Translations under genes and position numbers: made by a program | The notes under the pieces: model-generated | Told to the model about the DNA's origin: nothing | What the model saw: only the letters and a program-made list of their open reading frames with translations | The model's database searches: none | DNA from: the human T2T-CHM13v2.0 reference genome, Homo sapiens | Reading direction: 5' to 3' (one strand) | Assembly (NCBI RefSeq): GCF_009914755.1 | Contig: NC_060926.1 | Length of the DNA: 64,000 nucleotides | Shown: piece after piece, positions 62,740 to 64,000 of the stretch | Layout: each line of letters starts with the position of its first letter | Numbering within the stretch: the stretch's first letter is position 1

Positions 62740-64000
62740 GAAGATACATATAATTCAACTACTGAATGGAAGAGAATGACTAAAAACAATAATACAAATT
62801 TATCATATCTTACCCTCTTGGTCACTTAAGTACATTTGCTTTCTACCTGCACACATTATAAACACATCTTTCCCCCAAATAAGACACCTCAAAAAGTCTC
62901 AATCGATCATGACATTAGACTCAAGTTCAGGGTCTTATGCATAATTATAGTACTTATAATATCTTCGGTTTTATTGCTACTTCATGTTAGGATAGTAAAA
63001 TTGCAGACAAATGTGTAGTTAAGATGCTGTAACTCTCAAAACAAAGAAAAAATATAGAAGCATCCATAATTAGCATAAAATTAAAAACCCAAACTGTCCA
63101 GATTTGGTGACAAATTATATCTGAATCTTTTATCTGTGAGGATTTGGAAATTAAATAATACATATAGTAGGCTAGGCATTGATCAGATACCTTTTTACAG
63201 ATAATCTTACAAAAATAAAAGTGTTTTAGATGTTAAAAAGTGCATACACTGTGCCACCCAACAGATGTTTCATAGAAATAGAAGAACATTCAGATCTGGA
63301 TTAAATGAATCTAGTTTCTAGTAAAGGAACTGCAGAATTCTCTCATTCCTGCACCAGCTGCCTGAGCCATTAACAATGTTAGCAGCTAATGGAAAAGGTG
63401 ACTTAGAAGCATGATTCTGTTGGGAGCACCTGTGGGGCTTATTCTACCCTTGATAACCACTACTAAATATAGTCTTCACAGTTCTGAACATAAATTGAAT
63501 GTAGAATCCAACAAAAGAGCACACCTAATTATATCAAATTAGCATCCAAGTGTATGTAATCATGGAGTTTAGACCAGAGTTATTAAGCTGTCCTTTGTAG
63601 CACAGTGGCAACAATTGAAAATGATCCCATAGTATAATGTAAGGGGTTTTATGAATGCACGATGGCATCCTTTATAATGTTTGGATGCTGGATGCTGACA
63701 CTGAAGTTTTATAGAATATTTTCACATAAGCAGGGCTGAGAGGAAAAATCAGGCTTCATCTTTTCCAAGTACTTTCTGATCATTTTAAACTTTGCCATCT
63801 GACAAAGTTTGTATTTTTATGGCAATTCCAGATTTAGAAGATTGGAAGCAGGAGTATGACAAATAGAGATAAGTGTTCACACTACCCGGATCTTCAAAAA
63901 CAAAAATCATAATAAAAATAACAGTACTCTAAAGATCCCAAAGCTAAAATGTGGCCTCAACTAATTCTCCCCACATGACAAAGGAAAAAATGGTTTCTGA

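Overview
AT-rich, CpG-depleted primate (human/great-ape-like) non-coding DNA, either intergenic or deep intronic. I see no protein-coding gene, rRNA, tRNA, CRISPR array or CpG island. The only ORFs I recognise as protein are decayed LINE-1 ORF2/ORF1 fragments; the rest are Alu read-throughs, microsatellite artefacts or chance ORFs. Much of the window is interspersed repeats: L1PA/L1PB/L1M, five full-length Alus, MaLR/ERVL LTRs, hAT and Tigger DNA-transposon fossils, and L2/MIR. Repeat subfamily names come from recalled consensus sequences and need RepeatMasker/Dfam confirmation; boundaries of ancient elements are approximate. I found no evidence of a new biological system. The most notable structures are: a 92%-identical local inverted duplication inside an ancient L1; a twin-primed L1PA with no TSD that carries a de novo minisatellite; a very young 5'-truncated L1PA2-like insertion with a split tail; a candidate non-coding exon; and a candidate developmental enhancer.
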